Shown here: piece by piece, positions 25,051-37,560 of the stretch
Numbering within the stretch: the first letter of the stretch is position 1
How the letters are laid out: every line of letters begins with the position of its first letter
NCBI RefSeq assembly: GCF_030028105.1
Contig: NC_092371.1
Location: 10,080,181 to 10,144,180, forward strand
Length of the DNA stretch: 64,000 bases
Source of the DNA: Mobula birostris
Taxonomy: Eukaryota
Reading direction: 5' to 3'
Notes under the pieces: generated by a model
The model's input: only the letters and a program-made list of their open reading frames with translations
Told to the model about the DNA's origin: nothing
Databases searched by the model: none
Position numbers and translations under genes: made by a program

Positions 25051-25654
25051 ACCTATTCCAGTCCACGTCTCCAGACCATAATGGGAGGTTGCTAGTCCTT
25101 GGCTGTTATTTTATCGCAGCGATGGACGCAGCGTGCTCAGCTCTGGGTGACCGGATAGCAGTCCCAGTAACGTGGGTGTAGATTTCACGCGCTATACGCT
25201 TGATTTAATTCGGATCCGTGCCAGTCGGTAACTTTCCCTGGGACGACCGGGTGTGATTCTCGCTGAGATGATTCCTTCCCGTCTGCCTGCGTTCCACCCA
25301 TCTCCCTCTCTTCTCGCTGCTACCATCTGCCGGGAGGTGCAGGAGTCTTGGATCCCACGCCGCCAGATTCGGGAGCAGCCGTCCGGCAGCTCTGGGGCTC
25401 CTGGATCGACTTCACTCACCTCGGCGCTGAAGTGATTCCGCAAACTGTGGACTCACTTTCAGGGACTCTGCAGCTTGACTTTACATATGTAAAAAAATAT
25501 TTGTACTATTTGGCCTCTTTTACACACTGGATGTTTGTTGGTCTTTGTTGTGTGTGTGTTTTTTTCAAAGATTATATTTGTTTTCCTGTGGCTGCCTGCA
25601 AGAAAATGAATCTCAAGGTTGTATATGGTCTACACACTTTGATAAGAGATACTT

Positions 25655-26880
25655 TAACAAACACATTGATGAAGGTAGAGCTGTAGATGTGGTGTATATG
25701 GATTTTAGCAAGGCATTTGACAAGGTACCCCACACAAGGCTCATTCAGAAAATAAGGAGGCATGGGATCCAAGGAGACCTTGCTTTGTGGATCCTAAATT
25801 GGCTTGCCCACAGAAGGCAAAGGGTGGCTGTGGATGGTTCGTATTCTGCATGGAGATCGGTGACCAGTGGTGTTCCACAGGGATCCGTTCTGGGACCCCT
25901 CCTCGTTTTGATTTTTATAAGTGACCTGGACGAGGAAGTAGGAGGGTGTGTTATTAAGTTTGCTGATGACACAAAGGTTGGGGGTGTTGTGGATAGTCTG
26001 GAGGGTTGTCAGAGGTTACAGCGCGACATCGATAGGATGCAGAACTGGGATGAGAAGTGGCAGATGGACCTCAACCCAGGTAAGTGTGAAGTAGTTCATT
26101 TTGCTAAGTCAAATTTTGAAGACAGAATATAATATTAATGGAATACTCTTGGCAGTGTGGAGGATCAGAGTGATCTTGGGATCTGTGTCCATATGACACT
26201 CAAAGCTGCAGCAGAGGTTGACAGTGTTGTTTAGAAGGTGTATGGTGTGTTGGCCTTCATCAACCATGGGATTTGGTTCAAGAGCCATGATGTAATGTTA
26301 CAGCTGTGTAAGACCTTGGTCAGAACCCACTTGGAGTACGGTGTTCGGTTCTGGTCACCTCACTAGGAAGGATGTAGCTACTATAGAGAGAGTGCAGAGG
26401 AGATTTACAAAGATGTCACCCGGATTGGAGGGCGTACCTTATGAGAACAGGTTGAGTGAACTTGGCCTTTTCTCCTTGGAGCGACAGAGGATGAAAGGTG
26501 ACCTGATCGAGGTGTATAAGATGATGAGGGGCATTGATCAAGTGGATAGCCAGAGGCCTTTTCCCAGGGCTGAAATGGCTAACACAAGGGGGCATAGTTT
26601 TAAGGTGCCTGGAAATAGGTACCGAGGGAATGTCAGGGGTAAGTTTATCACACAGAGTGGTGGGTGCGTGGAATGCACTGCCAGCGGTGGTGGTGGAAGC
26701 AGATATACCAGGGTCATTTAAGAGCCTCTTAGATAGGTACATGGAGCTTAGAAAAATAGAGGGCTATGTGCTAGGGAAATTCTAGGCAGTTTCTAGAGTA
26801 GGTTACATGGTCAGCACAACATTGTGGGCCGAAGGGCCTGTAATGTGCTGTAGATTTCAATGTTCTATGTTCTATGATAA
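25655..26880 (+). mobile_element. CR1 LINE RT and 3' region, degenerate
   Basis: VDVVYMDFSKAFDKVPH, SGVPQGSVLGP, KFADDTK; ttctatg tail. Confidence 0.93.
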
Positions 26881-27644
26881 TAAACTTCATTTCAGACATG
26901 GAAATTCTTCATTGTTCACCGTGGTACATTTGTTAAGTTGTTTCAAAAGAATTGCTTTACTTGTTACATGTACACCGAAACATACAGTGAAATGCATCAA
27001 TTGCATCAACAACCTACACAATCCAAAGATACGTTGGCAAAAGCCTGCCAAGTGTTGCCTTTTTTCTGACGACTACTTAGCACTTACTAACCCTGGTGAC
27101 GATCTCACCCACCCCGGACATTCTCTCTTCTCCCCTCTCCTATAGGTCAGAAGATACAAAAGCCTGAAAACACATAGCTGTAAGCTCAAGGACATCTTTT
27201 ACCCAACTTTTATCCAGTTCTTGAATGGACCTCTCATAGGATGAAGATGGACTCCTAATCTCTTTCTCATGGCTCTTGCAGTTTCTGCCCGCACTACCCT
27301 TTCTCTGTACTTCTGACACTTTGACATCTGCCCTTGTTCTGCTTTGGTGCGCTGTTGTAATGAAGTGATCGGTAGGGACGGCATGCAAAATTTTTCACAG
27401 TACCTTGGTGCATGGGGCAGTAATAAACTGACTGACCAATTCATACAGCTTTCAGAATTCTCCATCCTGGAGAGCTATGGAGGCTGACTCACTGGGGGAT
27501 ATTCAGCGTAGAACATAGAGGAATACGGCACCAAAACTGCCCCTGTGTCAGGCCCACACATTTACCTACCTCTCAGTCTCCACCCAGCTAATAGTAGTCA
27601 CCTGCAGCCTATTTAACCCCAGTTGTCATCCACAATCCTCCAAG

Positions 27645-28075
27645 AGGACCACAACCTTGTTGTGTTTTGGAGACCTGCATGCCTCAATGACCCAGAGAGT
27701 TATGTTGGCTGGAGTCAGGGCGTGACGCTTTGGCTTTTGGTAGTCACCCATGCCAAGCAGGGCAAAGGGTAGAGGCCAAACTAAGAGTAGTCCACCGGTT
27801 CTGCAGCTTCAGGGGTTGATCTCAGGGCTAACAACCCTGACTGGTCAAACAAAATTGTTATGGAAACAGCCATGAAGAATCCTTCTACATCCTTCTACGA
27901 TGGTATTCCTGCGTTACCTCTAGCATGGCTGACAGTGGTGAAAACCAAAGGGCAGCTACTGGTACAATGAAGAAAGCCCAGAACACTGCCAAGACCAAGA
28001 TGAAAATTGGTTTCAGACAGAGATGGAGGCCCTCCATCGCTGCCCTAAGCCCCCAGCAGAGTAATGGACAGCAAG
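27645..28075 (+). mobile_element. Putative bipartite non-autonomous RTE element (5' and 3' ends only)
   Basis: 5' part resembles the Rex3/Expander 5' UTR (tgcctcaatgaccc..ggtag..cccatgccaa); 3' part tggaggc..gctgccctaa..cagcaagt resembles an RTE 3' end. Recognised from memory. Confidence 0.45.
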
Positions 28076-28755
28076 TCTCATCCAGTCCTGTTCACTAATC
28101 GAAACAGCCAGCCTCAACCAGTTGCTCTTCGCTTTCACTCTCCCTAATGTTAAGCTTGTTGTGTTTGTTTTCTGTTCTCGCTTGCTTTGTGGCCCCTTGT
28201 GGCTTGTTATTTTTAAAGTTACAGTCCGCCGCTAAATCGTCTCTGCTGCTCTGCTTTTAGGTCAAGCCACTTCTACATTTCCTGATACCCTGTGGTTCAC
28301 AATGTTCAGCTGAACTAACCATTGAGCATACCTTCAAGAAGCACTGCCGCAGAAAGCAGCATTCAGGGGGAGTCCCGGCATCCAGGCCATGCTCTCTTCT
28401 TGTTGCTACCATCAGGAAGGAAGAACAGGAACCTTAATTAAGGTCTCACGCCACCAACTTCAGGAAAAATTATTATGCCTCAACCATCAGGGTCCTGAAC
28501 CAGCTTAGATAACTTCACTAACCTCAACACTGAATGGATTCCACAGCCTCTGGACTCACTTTCAAGGGCTCTGCAACGATGTCCTCAGAATGTATGTATG
28601 GTATCCCCATTTATTTATTTGCAGCGTTTGTCTTCTTTTGCACATTGATTATTTGTCTGTAGTTTTCATTGATAGCATTGTGTTTCTCAGTTCTATTGTG
28701 AATGTCTACAGGGAACTGAATCTCCAGGTAGTGTATAGTGATGTAGTGATGCATA

Positions 28756-29260
28756 CAGTGCTGTGCATAAGTCTTAGACATATCTATCTATCTAGGGTGC
28801 CTAAGACTTTTGCACAGTACTGCTGTCTCAAAAAAAAACAAATTTCATAACATAAGTAAGTGATTCTGATATGGGTCTCTATTGTGGGCTGAGGGTGGGA
28901 AGGGGGCAGGGAGAGAGGGGAATCATGGCTGGGAAAGGGGGAAGGGAGAGGGGAGGGAGCACGAGGCACCACAGAGACATTCTATAATGATCAATAAACC
29001 TATTGTTTGGATTCAAATGACTTTGCCTGGTGTCTCCCAGCTGAGTGTGTCTGCACCTGTGCCAGCCCTGCTCTTGGCACTCCTTCTCTGCCACCTGTCA
29101 CACACCCCTCCCCGCAGTGCTCCACCCTCATCATTCCCAGTATCTTTACTCCAGCCAGGTTCATAAACTGGCTCTTCGCTCCATGTTGACAAATACTGGA
29201 CTGTGCAAGAGTCTTAGGCACTCAGGCTACAGAGCAACCTCAGACTTTTGCACAGCACTG
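28756..29260. mobile_element. Tc1/mariner-type MITE hairpins (28756-28822 and 29196-29260)
   Basis: TA-preceded cagtgctgtgcataagtcttag...ctaagacttttgcacagtactg inverted repeats, present twice. Confidence 0.65.
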
Positions 29261-29392
29261 TGCATACTGTGCTAATAAATTTAATTTCAACTTTGCAATA
29301 AATTAGTCATCAAATGTGATGAGACACTGTCTCGGGTGACTAGGACAGGCTGCACAAAACCTGCAGGAAATGCAAGAATATTCCACGTTGAC

Positions 29393-29457
29393 TCATTGAA
29401 TGTTTTGCTGCATAAAGTGATCCAACTCTTGGACTGAACATAGCGTGACCATAGCCA
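29393..29457 (-). CDS. Candidate terminal exon of the same unidentified gene (VAMVTLCSVQELDHFMQQNIQ*)
   Basis: ccctcccaacctcag acceptor after an 87-nt GT-AG intron; phase 1 compatible. Confidence 0.33.
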
Positions 29458-29544
29458 CTGAGGTTGGGAGGGAATGGCATTTGCATACACACAGAATGGA
29501 GGCCGGGTAGGGTGCACTTCTCCTCAACCCCGCACCCTCCTTAC

Positions 29545-29725
29545 CTCTCCCTGGAGGCTCACACACAAATTCTATGGGCTTGCTCAGAGTCAGCGTGGTG
29601 AGTGGTGCCTGACGACCAGGAGATTGTTCCCCAAGGGCTAACTCAGTTTCGTGAACTCCTAGCTGTATGGAGGCCTTCCATGTCCGCTGTGCCCCATCTT
29701 TCCCAGCAACGTCAGCTGACCGCAG
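29545..29725 (-). CDS. Candidate internal coding exon of an unidentified gene (LRSADVAGKDGAQRTWKASIQLGVHETELALGEQSPGRQAPLTTLTLSKPIEFVCEPPGR)
   Basis: ttgctgtattcag acceptor, AG|gtaagg donor, open frame, non-repetitive sequence; no homology recognised. Confidence 0.4.
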
Positions 29726-32700
29726 CTGAATACAGCAAGGACTGAGGAGCACTCCGACTGCTTGTTGGACCAATGTGGATAACTTCATTCACTCCAGCGC
29801 TGAACTGACTCCACAACCCACCAACTTACTTTCAGAAACTCTACAACTCATGTTCTCGGAATTATTTATTACTTTTAGACCCTGCAGCGGATAGTGAGGT
29901 CAGCTGAGATGATTATCGGGGTCTCTCTTCCCGCCATTACAGACATTTACATCACACACTGCATCTGTAAAGCAAACAGCATTATGAAGGAGCCCACGCA
30001 CCCCTCATACAAACTCTTCCCCCTCCGGCAAAAGGCACCAAAGTATTCCGGTTCTCACGACCAGACTATGTAACAGTTTCTTCCCCCAAGCCATCAGACT
30101 CCTCAATACCCAGAGCCTGGACTGACACCTACCTACTGCCCTCTACTGTGCCTATTGTTTTGTTTATTACTTATGCAGTCCTGGGTAGGTCTGTATTCTA
30201 GTGTAGTTTTACGTAGTTCAGTGTAGTTTTTGTATTGCTTCATGTAGCACAATGGTCCTGAAAAACATTGTCTCATTTTTACTGTGTACCATACCAGCAG
30301 TTATGATTGAAATGACAAGTGACTTGACTTATTATTGCTTTTCTTTTTGTATTTGCACATTGATATATTTTGTACATTGATTAGTTGTTCATCTCGGTTT
30401 GTGTGGTTTTTCACTGATTCTATTGTGCTCCTTTGTATTATACTGCGAATGACTGCAAAAAATGATTCTCAGGGCTGTAATATGGTTACATATATGCACC
30501 TTAATAACACATTTACCATGAATTTTTGAACTTCAAACTTAGGAGAACTTTCGCCATTGTGGTCTCTGCCCACAACTTGAGGCTATTTCAGAAGGTACAA
30601 CTGCAGAGCAGAGAAGTCACGTTTTGCACTTTAAAACAGTCCCCACCCCCTGCCTGCCATCTTCACCACTCTTCTGCCCACACATTCACTGACGTTTTGT
30701 AGAAGATGCAAGGATTAAATTACATTTGGACAGGTACTTGGATAGGAAATAGTCAGAGGGATTATGGGCCAAACACGGGCAAAGGAGACTAGCTTGGATG
30801 GTGGGTTAGCATGGATGAGCTGGGTTGAAAGGCCTGTGGTCATGCTGTATAACTCTGACTTTGTCAAGGCCATATTTGGAGTATTGAGGAATACTCTGAT
30901 GGCTGACTTTGTGTGGCAGTGCCAAGCTGTGTACAAGTCCTGGGTATGCAAACACCATTCCCTCTTAACTCCAGTGGCTGCCAAGGATGGCTATAGTCAT
31001 GCTCCATTGTCAGGGCACTTCAGTGAAGAACCTGTTCCTAAAATGTTGAGTGCTCTTCCTAAAACTGTCTTCAGGCTCTTGCACCTCCTCTCTCATGGTA
31101 ATGAGAACAGGGCATATCCTTGATTGAGGGTCCTTAATGATGGATGCCATCTTTTTGAGCCATTGGCTCAAGATGATGTCCTTGAAGATAGGGAGGCTAG
31201 TGCCCATAATGGAGCTGGCTGAGGCTACAATCCTCTGCAGCTTTTTCTGATCTTGTCCACACCAGACAGTGACACAACCAGTTAGAATGTTCTCCATGGT
31301 ACGTACATCTGTAGAAATATGCTAGTCATTGGTGACATACCAACTCTCCTTAAACGCCGAATAAAATATAGCTGCTGGCATGCCTTTTTCATAATTGCAA
31401 TGACCCTCTGATAGATCTTCAGTCATGTTGACACCAAAGAACTTTAAGCTGCTTACCCTTTCCACTGCTGAACTGCAACCCCCCCCGCCACACCGCCCCC
31501 CCCACCAATGAGGATTGGTGTGTGTTCTTCTGACTTCCCCTTCCTGAAGTCCACAACCAATTCCTTGGTTATACTGACTGAGTGAAATCCAGGAGAATCC
31601 CCTCTCATTAAGCCACAGATAGCAGCAAGGCCACACTTGGAATATTATGCAGAGTTTTGGTCACCTTGGTGTAGGAAAGACATTGTCAAGCTAGAGATGG
31701 AGAAAAGATTTACAAGGACGCTACCTGGACTAGAGGGCCTGAGATATGGGGAGATGTTGGCCACACTAGATCTTTATTCTCTACAGTGCAGGATGAGGAG
31801 TGACCTCTCAGAAGTTTAGAGAATCATAAGGGATATGGCTAAGATGGTTGGTTATAGTCTTTTCCCCAGGGGATAGATACAAGAGGAGAGAGACTGAAGA
31901 GACGTGAGAAGTAAGAGAGGAATGACTACCTGGAATGAGCTGCTGGAGAAAGTGGTCAAGGCAGGTACGACTGCAACATTTAAGAGACATTTGGATGGGT
32001 AAACAGAGGGAGGAGCCTGGAGGGTTATGGGCTTAATGTGGGAAACTGGAACAAGTGGGGAGGCTGCTGTGGTTGACATGAACCAGTTGGGCTGATAGGC
32101 CTGTTTTCATGCTGAATTACTTCCCCTTTAATGAATATTAAATACTTAGAGGAAAGGCGTAGTCTAAAAGTTACAAAAGCACTATCATGCATCTAGTGTA
32201 AGGATGTAGCAACAGGGCAGCAAAGGAAATTAGATGATTTGATCAACACAAGTTAAAAGATTTATATCAAATAAATTATTTCCTGTTAAAAACATTAATC
32301 TGTTCAAATAGTCACCACTGTGCATCTTACTTCAACATTCAAATACAAAGAGTTTCATGCAGGGTTTTTAAAACCTTGTTTTACTTCATGTCAAAAACTA
32401 CACAAAATAGTGTCACATTTATACAAAAATTATCTATGAAACTTACTAAAAGCAGCAGAAATGGCTGTATTACAATGGTTCGAGATACTGGCAAATCCAA
32501 AAATGAAGTTTTTGTTTTGAATATTACTTCGACATGTAATGATAAAAATAGATTTTAAAATTAAAAGAGAAAAGAGGGGATTATTAATCAGTGCAGGATA
32601 AACATACGTTGGAAATTGTACTTGGACCACAGAATGAGCCAAGCTGGCCAACAAATTCACACCAACTCCTATCTCTGTTCAAAGGCATTTTCTCTTTCTA

Positions 32701-33814
32701 ACCTCAGAGGCAGTGATGGGGTACAGGAACTCTGGCCGATTCCCTCTCTCTCTAACCCCCAGGATCACTGGTCAAGTGAATAAAACCTGATTCTGCCAAG
32801 CTTTTCCCCCCACTGACACTACCCCTTCCTCTCAGACATTACCACTAACCCCAGCACTTGCTCAACCAAGATCTCCAAAATGAAGAAAGCCTGGCTACGT
32901 AATGTTAAGCATTCGAGGCCACAAGAGTGCATGAGCTGTTATCTGAGAGTACATCTCGACATGAAATGGTGTGATGCAATGGGATCCCTGATAACCAGTC
33001 ACAGTACAATTGCCCCAATCCTTACTCAATCGCAAGAAATTTGAAAACACTAATCTGTTTCACAACACTCTCCACAAAACAGCAGGTTGAAAATATAGTG
33101 TGAGCCAGCTGCTCCTTGCCACTCCCTCCACTCCACTACTTTACCAGCAACAGAATTCATTCAGATGGGGCAAGGGGCAGGGTGGTGCAGAGACAGGCAG
33201 TGGAGGTTCCAGGGACAGGTGCATCTGGGTAATGACAACTCTGGTCTGGGTCCCTGCAGCTCCCCCATGGTCTTTCACTCTCTGCCTCTTGCACACTGTT
33301 ACGCAAAGGGCATGGGTTTTGTTTGGGGCAGGGAGAGGCGTTACAGAGGCTACCACCACCAGCCCAGTCCCAGCAGCTGTGTGCGCAGATGGTTCAGAGG
33401 AAGCACCTACGTCAGTTCAGAGTGACTCACTGAGGAGCTGCTCACAGATGTCCGTATGTGATAGCGATGGTATAAATATAACCAGTAACATGTGAGAATG
33501 AGACAGATAGAGGGGAAAGGGGAGTTTGAGAGTGCGGGGGGGGGGAGAGAAAGAAATCAGAGAAAAGGAGGGGGAGAGGGGAAGGGGGTGAGGGGAGAGA
33601 TTAGACAGAGTGAGAGAGGGACTGAGATGAGAGAAGGAGAGAGAGGAGACACAGGGAGGCCAGCAGTGGTGGGATATTGAATGGCCACTTGCCAGACCTC
33701 AGGAAGCCAAATGGAGGCATGGGGTTAAAATAAAGAATCCAAGTGATGGGAAGAGAGGAGATAGAGAAATATGGAAAGGTGTGGTGCGGTGTGTGTGCCT
33801 TCACCTCGTTCTCC

Positions 33815-34444
33815 TCACACCTTGATAAAGAGGACACCGGTGACAAGGGAGAAACCCAGGATAAGCATTACGACCTTGAGGATACGATGGTGGGGCGAGT
33901 TGAGCTCGTGGGGCAGAATCTCCATGAAGGTGATGTAGATGAAGGTGCCAGTAGCTATACCCTCCAGCACAGCACGGACGAGCTGGTGGCTGGAGTCCTC
34001 GGTCAGCACAATGCCCAGCCCAATGCCTAGTGGCGACATGACAGCGAAGGTGACAATGCAAGCCACCACCACTGCCCACCTCAGCCTGCTCTGCACCAGT
34101 TTCAGAGTCAGGCTGAAGGCCACGATGCACTTGTGAACAGACAGGGCAACGCAGATCTCCACCACTCTGGTGCCCGTCTCCTGCACGCCTAGCGCCAATC
34201 CCTCGAACACCGAGTGTAGAGAGAGTGCCAGCACAAGCACGACACAACGGATGGCGGAGTGGGAGTTGAAGTCCACGTGGAAATGGAAGGAAGGGCTGTC
34301 TGGGGGCAACGGACGGCCCAGCAGGGCCCTGCTCTGCTCGTCAGTATCTGCCATCTGGTCCCGGCAGGCCAGTGTGATCTGCTCCATGATCAGCACCAGG
34401 AAAAAGCCCATGGCGACGATGAACTCTGGAAGGGGGAACTCCAG
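33815..34444 (-). CDS. SLC39A1: SLC39A1 (ZIP1 zinc transporter) last coding exon
   Basis: ctgcag acceptor; LEFPLPEFIVAMGFFLVLIMEQI, LSLHSVFEGLALG, HK, GTFIYITFMEILPHEL; 630 nt ending in TGA. Confidence 0.95.
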   Translation of the reverse strand: MEFPLPEFIVAMGFFLVLIMEQITLACRDQMADTDEQSRALLGRPLPPDSPSFHFHVDFNSHSAIRCVVLVLALSLHSVFEGLALGVQETGTRVVEICVALSVHKCIVAFSLTLKLVQSRLRWAVVVACIVTFAVMSPLGIGLGIVLTEDSSHQLVRAVLEGIATGTFIYITFMEILPHELNSPHHRILKVVMLILGFSLVTGVLFIKV

Positions 34445-36697
34445 CTGCAGGAATTGCGGGGAGAGGGGAGAGAAAGAGAGAGGTGCAAGGCAGTCAGTGG
34501 CAGTGCTCGATGTCCCGATTACCCAGGACCAGCAGCAGGAAACAGTAGTACATTGCCCTTTATTGGTTTATTGTGGCTGCAGAGTCCCTCCATGGGCCCA
34601 CCATAGTTTAACAACAAAACTGTTGGGATGATGCAGAGGGAGCTTCACTCTTTGTCTGACCCCAGCAGTGTGCGATGGGATGGTGTAGAGGGAGCTTCCC
34701 TCTGTGTCTGACCCCAGGATTATGATAGGAAGGTGTAGAGTGAGTGTCACTCTGTGTCGAGGCAGCTTTGGGTTTTATGTTAGCTGTGCTGTATCAGCCT
34801 TGGGAAGGAGTGGGATGTCTCACAAGATCATATCAGTAATCGACACGTCAGCTCACTGCAGATTGCTTTACCTTCTTGGCAGCTTCAAGAACGCTAAAAT
34901 TATTGAAATGCAACAGCTAAGAAAGAGTCACACTAACAAAGGTAGCTTTGCAATGTACCAAGGATCAGAGAAATGGACAAATGAAGGGATTGGGGAAATA
35001 GCAACTTTCCCAAAGTTTGGAACAAGTGGTGTTGGGAGATGGGATAAGGATTGATCTAGGCTCATGAGGAATTTCTACATCTTCTCTTTTGTGATGCCCT
35101 CTCTAGAAGCTGTCTCCACCTTCACTTTTTCCCCTCCCCCAGTACATTCCATGCGTTTCATTTTTCCTCCTCTGCTGCTATTCATTCTCCCCCCCTCCCC
35201 CACAACTTGCCTATCGTCTTTCACACCTCTCCACTCCCTCTCAGCCTTGATGCAGGGTTTCAACCCGAAACGCTGACAATCCCCACCCCCACAGATATTA
35301 CTCAACCTGCTGAGCTGTTTGCTGCTCCAGATTCCTGTCCTGTCTCTGCTTTGATCCAGTGCTGACTGCGTAACCTTTGTGTGCATGCTCATCCCCTGCT
35401 ACCCAAAACTGTGTGCGCGCGCGCACATGACATCCTTCAGACCATCGCAGACCAAGCTTATGCGTGCAGTGTAAAGACGCAGCAGCATCTCTTAATAAAG
35501 GAGAGGTTTGGGGTCTCTTAAGTGTCCCTAATGGATCCACCTCCACCACTGGCAGCCATTCTACGCACTTAACATTCTGTGTAAAAAAAACCTACCAGAC
35601 ATTTCCCCCCACACGTTCGCCCAAACACCTTAAAGTTATACACATTAGCTGATCACACACGGGACCAATTAACCTACTAGCCCGTACTCCTCCGTCACAG
35701 GGAGAACTCCTTACAGACAGCAGTGAAATTGAACCTGGGTCACTGGTGCTGTAATAGTGTTGCACTAACCGCCGTGCGGCTGTGCCGCCACAGCAGTTGC
35801 CAAGCCGTTGTGCAATGGCACACTTGCTCCTGTCTCATTCCATCGTTGATTGTTTCCGTGCTAAGACGATGTCAAATGAGTGCAACCAGATCTTCTCCTG
35901 AGGGCAGCTGTAACTGTTAGCTTTTCCACCAAGTGCCCAGGTTGATGTAAAAAAAATCAATGGAACAAGCCGGGAGCAAGTACGTCGCTGCACAAGAGCT
36001 ACTGAGTTTGGCAATTGCGAAGCACACCAAATGCAGATAGGACGAGAACACCAACCTTCCTGTTTGGAGATAGGGAACCACAAGCTTCCTGCAGACTCGC
36101 TGTGTTAGTAAAATCTGATTCATGCTGATCAGGGACACGTCCACCCTGCCCCCCCCCAGCACCCCTGGTGCAGCAGCTGACACTCACACAGCACTTGATA
36201 CTGCAGTTTGGATATTCAGGGGTTGAGGGGGTGTCATCTTCCCCCTCGCCTGGTCTTCGTGTGTGTTACCAACTATCAACGTTGAAATGTGGTGGGGAAA
36301 ATGGCCACCCCTCTGGTTTGTAAGCCTGTGACATTAAACCAGATTCTAAAATCAATGGTCGTGCCGTCAGGTTGGAGGCTATCCAAATGAAATATCAGAA
36401 GGAGTACAGCAAGTCAAATTGTAATGGGTAGCCACCGGGAAATCCCACCTTTTGTGGCAGACAGGGTGAAGGTGCTGAGTGAAGTGTCCCACGATCTGTG
36501 TTGGCTCACCCCAATGTAGAGGAGACTGCACCAGGAGCACTAGATACAGAAGATCACCCCAACATATTCACAGGGGAAGCCTCAGGGAAGTGGGTTTCAT
36601 GGAGATGTTAATCCCTCCCCCACCCACCAAAGTCATTTCACACTGCCATACAAGGGAAAGGAGAGAGACCTGTGACACTCATCGCAAGGATACTCAC

Positions 36698-36825
36698 GGT
36701 GATCTTCATCTTGTCCAACACTGCAGCCATGTCCGACAGGAAGTCTGGAATCAAGTCCAGGAGGCAGGTGGCCAAGAACACCCCACCAGCTAGGCAGCTG
36801 AGCAGACTGAGAATGCGGCGATGAC
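36698..36825 (-). CDS. SLC39A1: SLC39A1 coding exon 2 (HRRILSLLSCLAGGVFLATCLLDLIPDFLSDMAAVLDKMKIT)
   Basis: ttctccag acceptor, gtgagt donor, 128 nt phase 1/0; ZIP TM2 motif AGGVFLATCLLDL. Confidence 0.95.
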
Positions 36826-37099
36826 CTGGAGAAAGTGTTAAAACCAGGTATAAAACACATCAGGAGTCATACGCTGGCTGACAGCAACATACATGCTGGA
36901 GGGAATCTGACAGGCAGGACTAACTCCCAGTATAGATCAGGGCACAGGAGCCATTCAGCCCGTCAAAGTGAGGCTAGACAAATCAGGACAAAGACATAGA
37001 ACAGTACGGCAGAGGAAACAGCCATTGGCCCACAATGTCAGACTTAGAGCCTTCATTAAACACTTACGTCCACCCACAGCTTCCGCTACTACCACAAGG

Positions 37100-37560
37100 C
37101 TATTCACACGGCCGCACTCAGGTTGGAGGAGCAACACTTTATATCGTCTGGGTACGATACCATGAACTATCTTCTCGTAACTTTTCCACACTTCCCCTTT
37201 TCACATCCTCCATTCTGGTTCCCCTCTCACCCATTCTCTTCTCCTCACCTGCTCAAATACCTCTCTGGTGCCCCTCCTTTCCTTTTCCATGGTTCACTCT
37301 CCTCTAACAGATTCTTCCTTCTTCAGCCCTTTACTTCCTCTACCTTTCACCTCCCAGCTTCTTACTTCACCCCCCATCCACCCGGTCTCACCTATCACCC
37401 GCCAGCTTGTATTCATTCCCCTCCTCCTACCTTCTTATCGTGGCTTCTGCCTCTTTCTTTTCCAGCCCTGACGAAGGGTCTCAGACTGAAACGTTGACAG
37501 TTTATTCCCCTCCATCGATGTTGCCCGACCTGCTGAATTCCCCCAGCACTGTGTGTGTTG
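37100..37560 (+). mobile_element. PLE 3' fragment with hammerhead-like motif at 37463-37500
   Basis: LEEQHFI motif, pyrimidine tract, ctgacgaagggtctcagactgaaacgttgac. Confidence 0.65.

Noticed and set aside
33100-33495. 131-aa plus-strand ORF
   Set aside because: No recognisable domain; lies antisense to the probable SLC39A1 3' UTR.
36686-36693. GTATCCTT U12-like donor in SLC39A1 intron 2
   Set aside because: Lies 4 nt inside the intron after a consensus GTGAGT donor; its use would frameshift the conserved protein.
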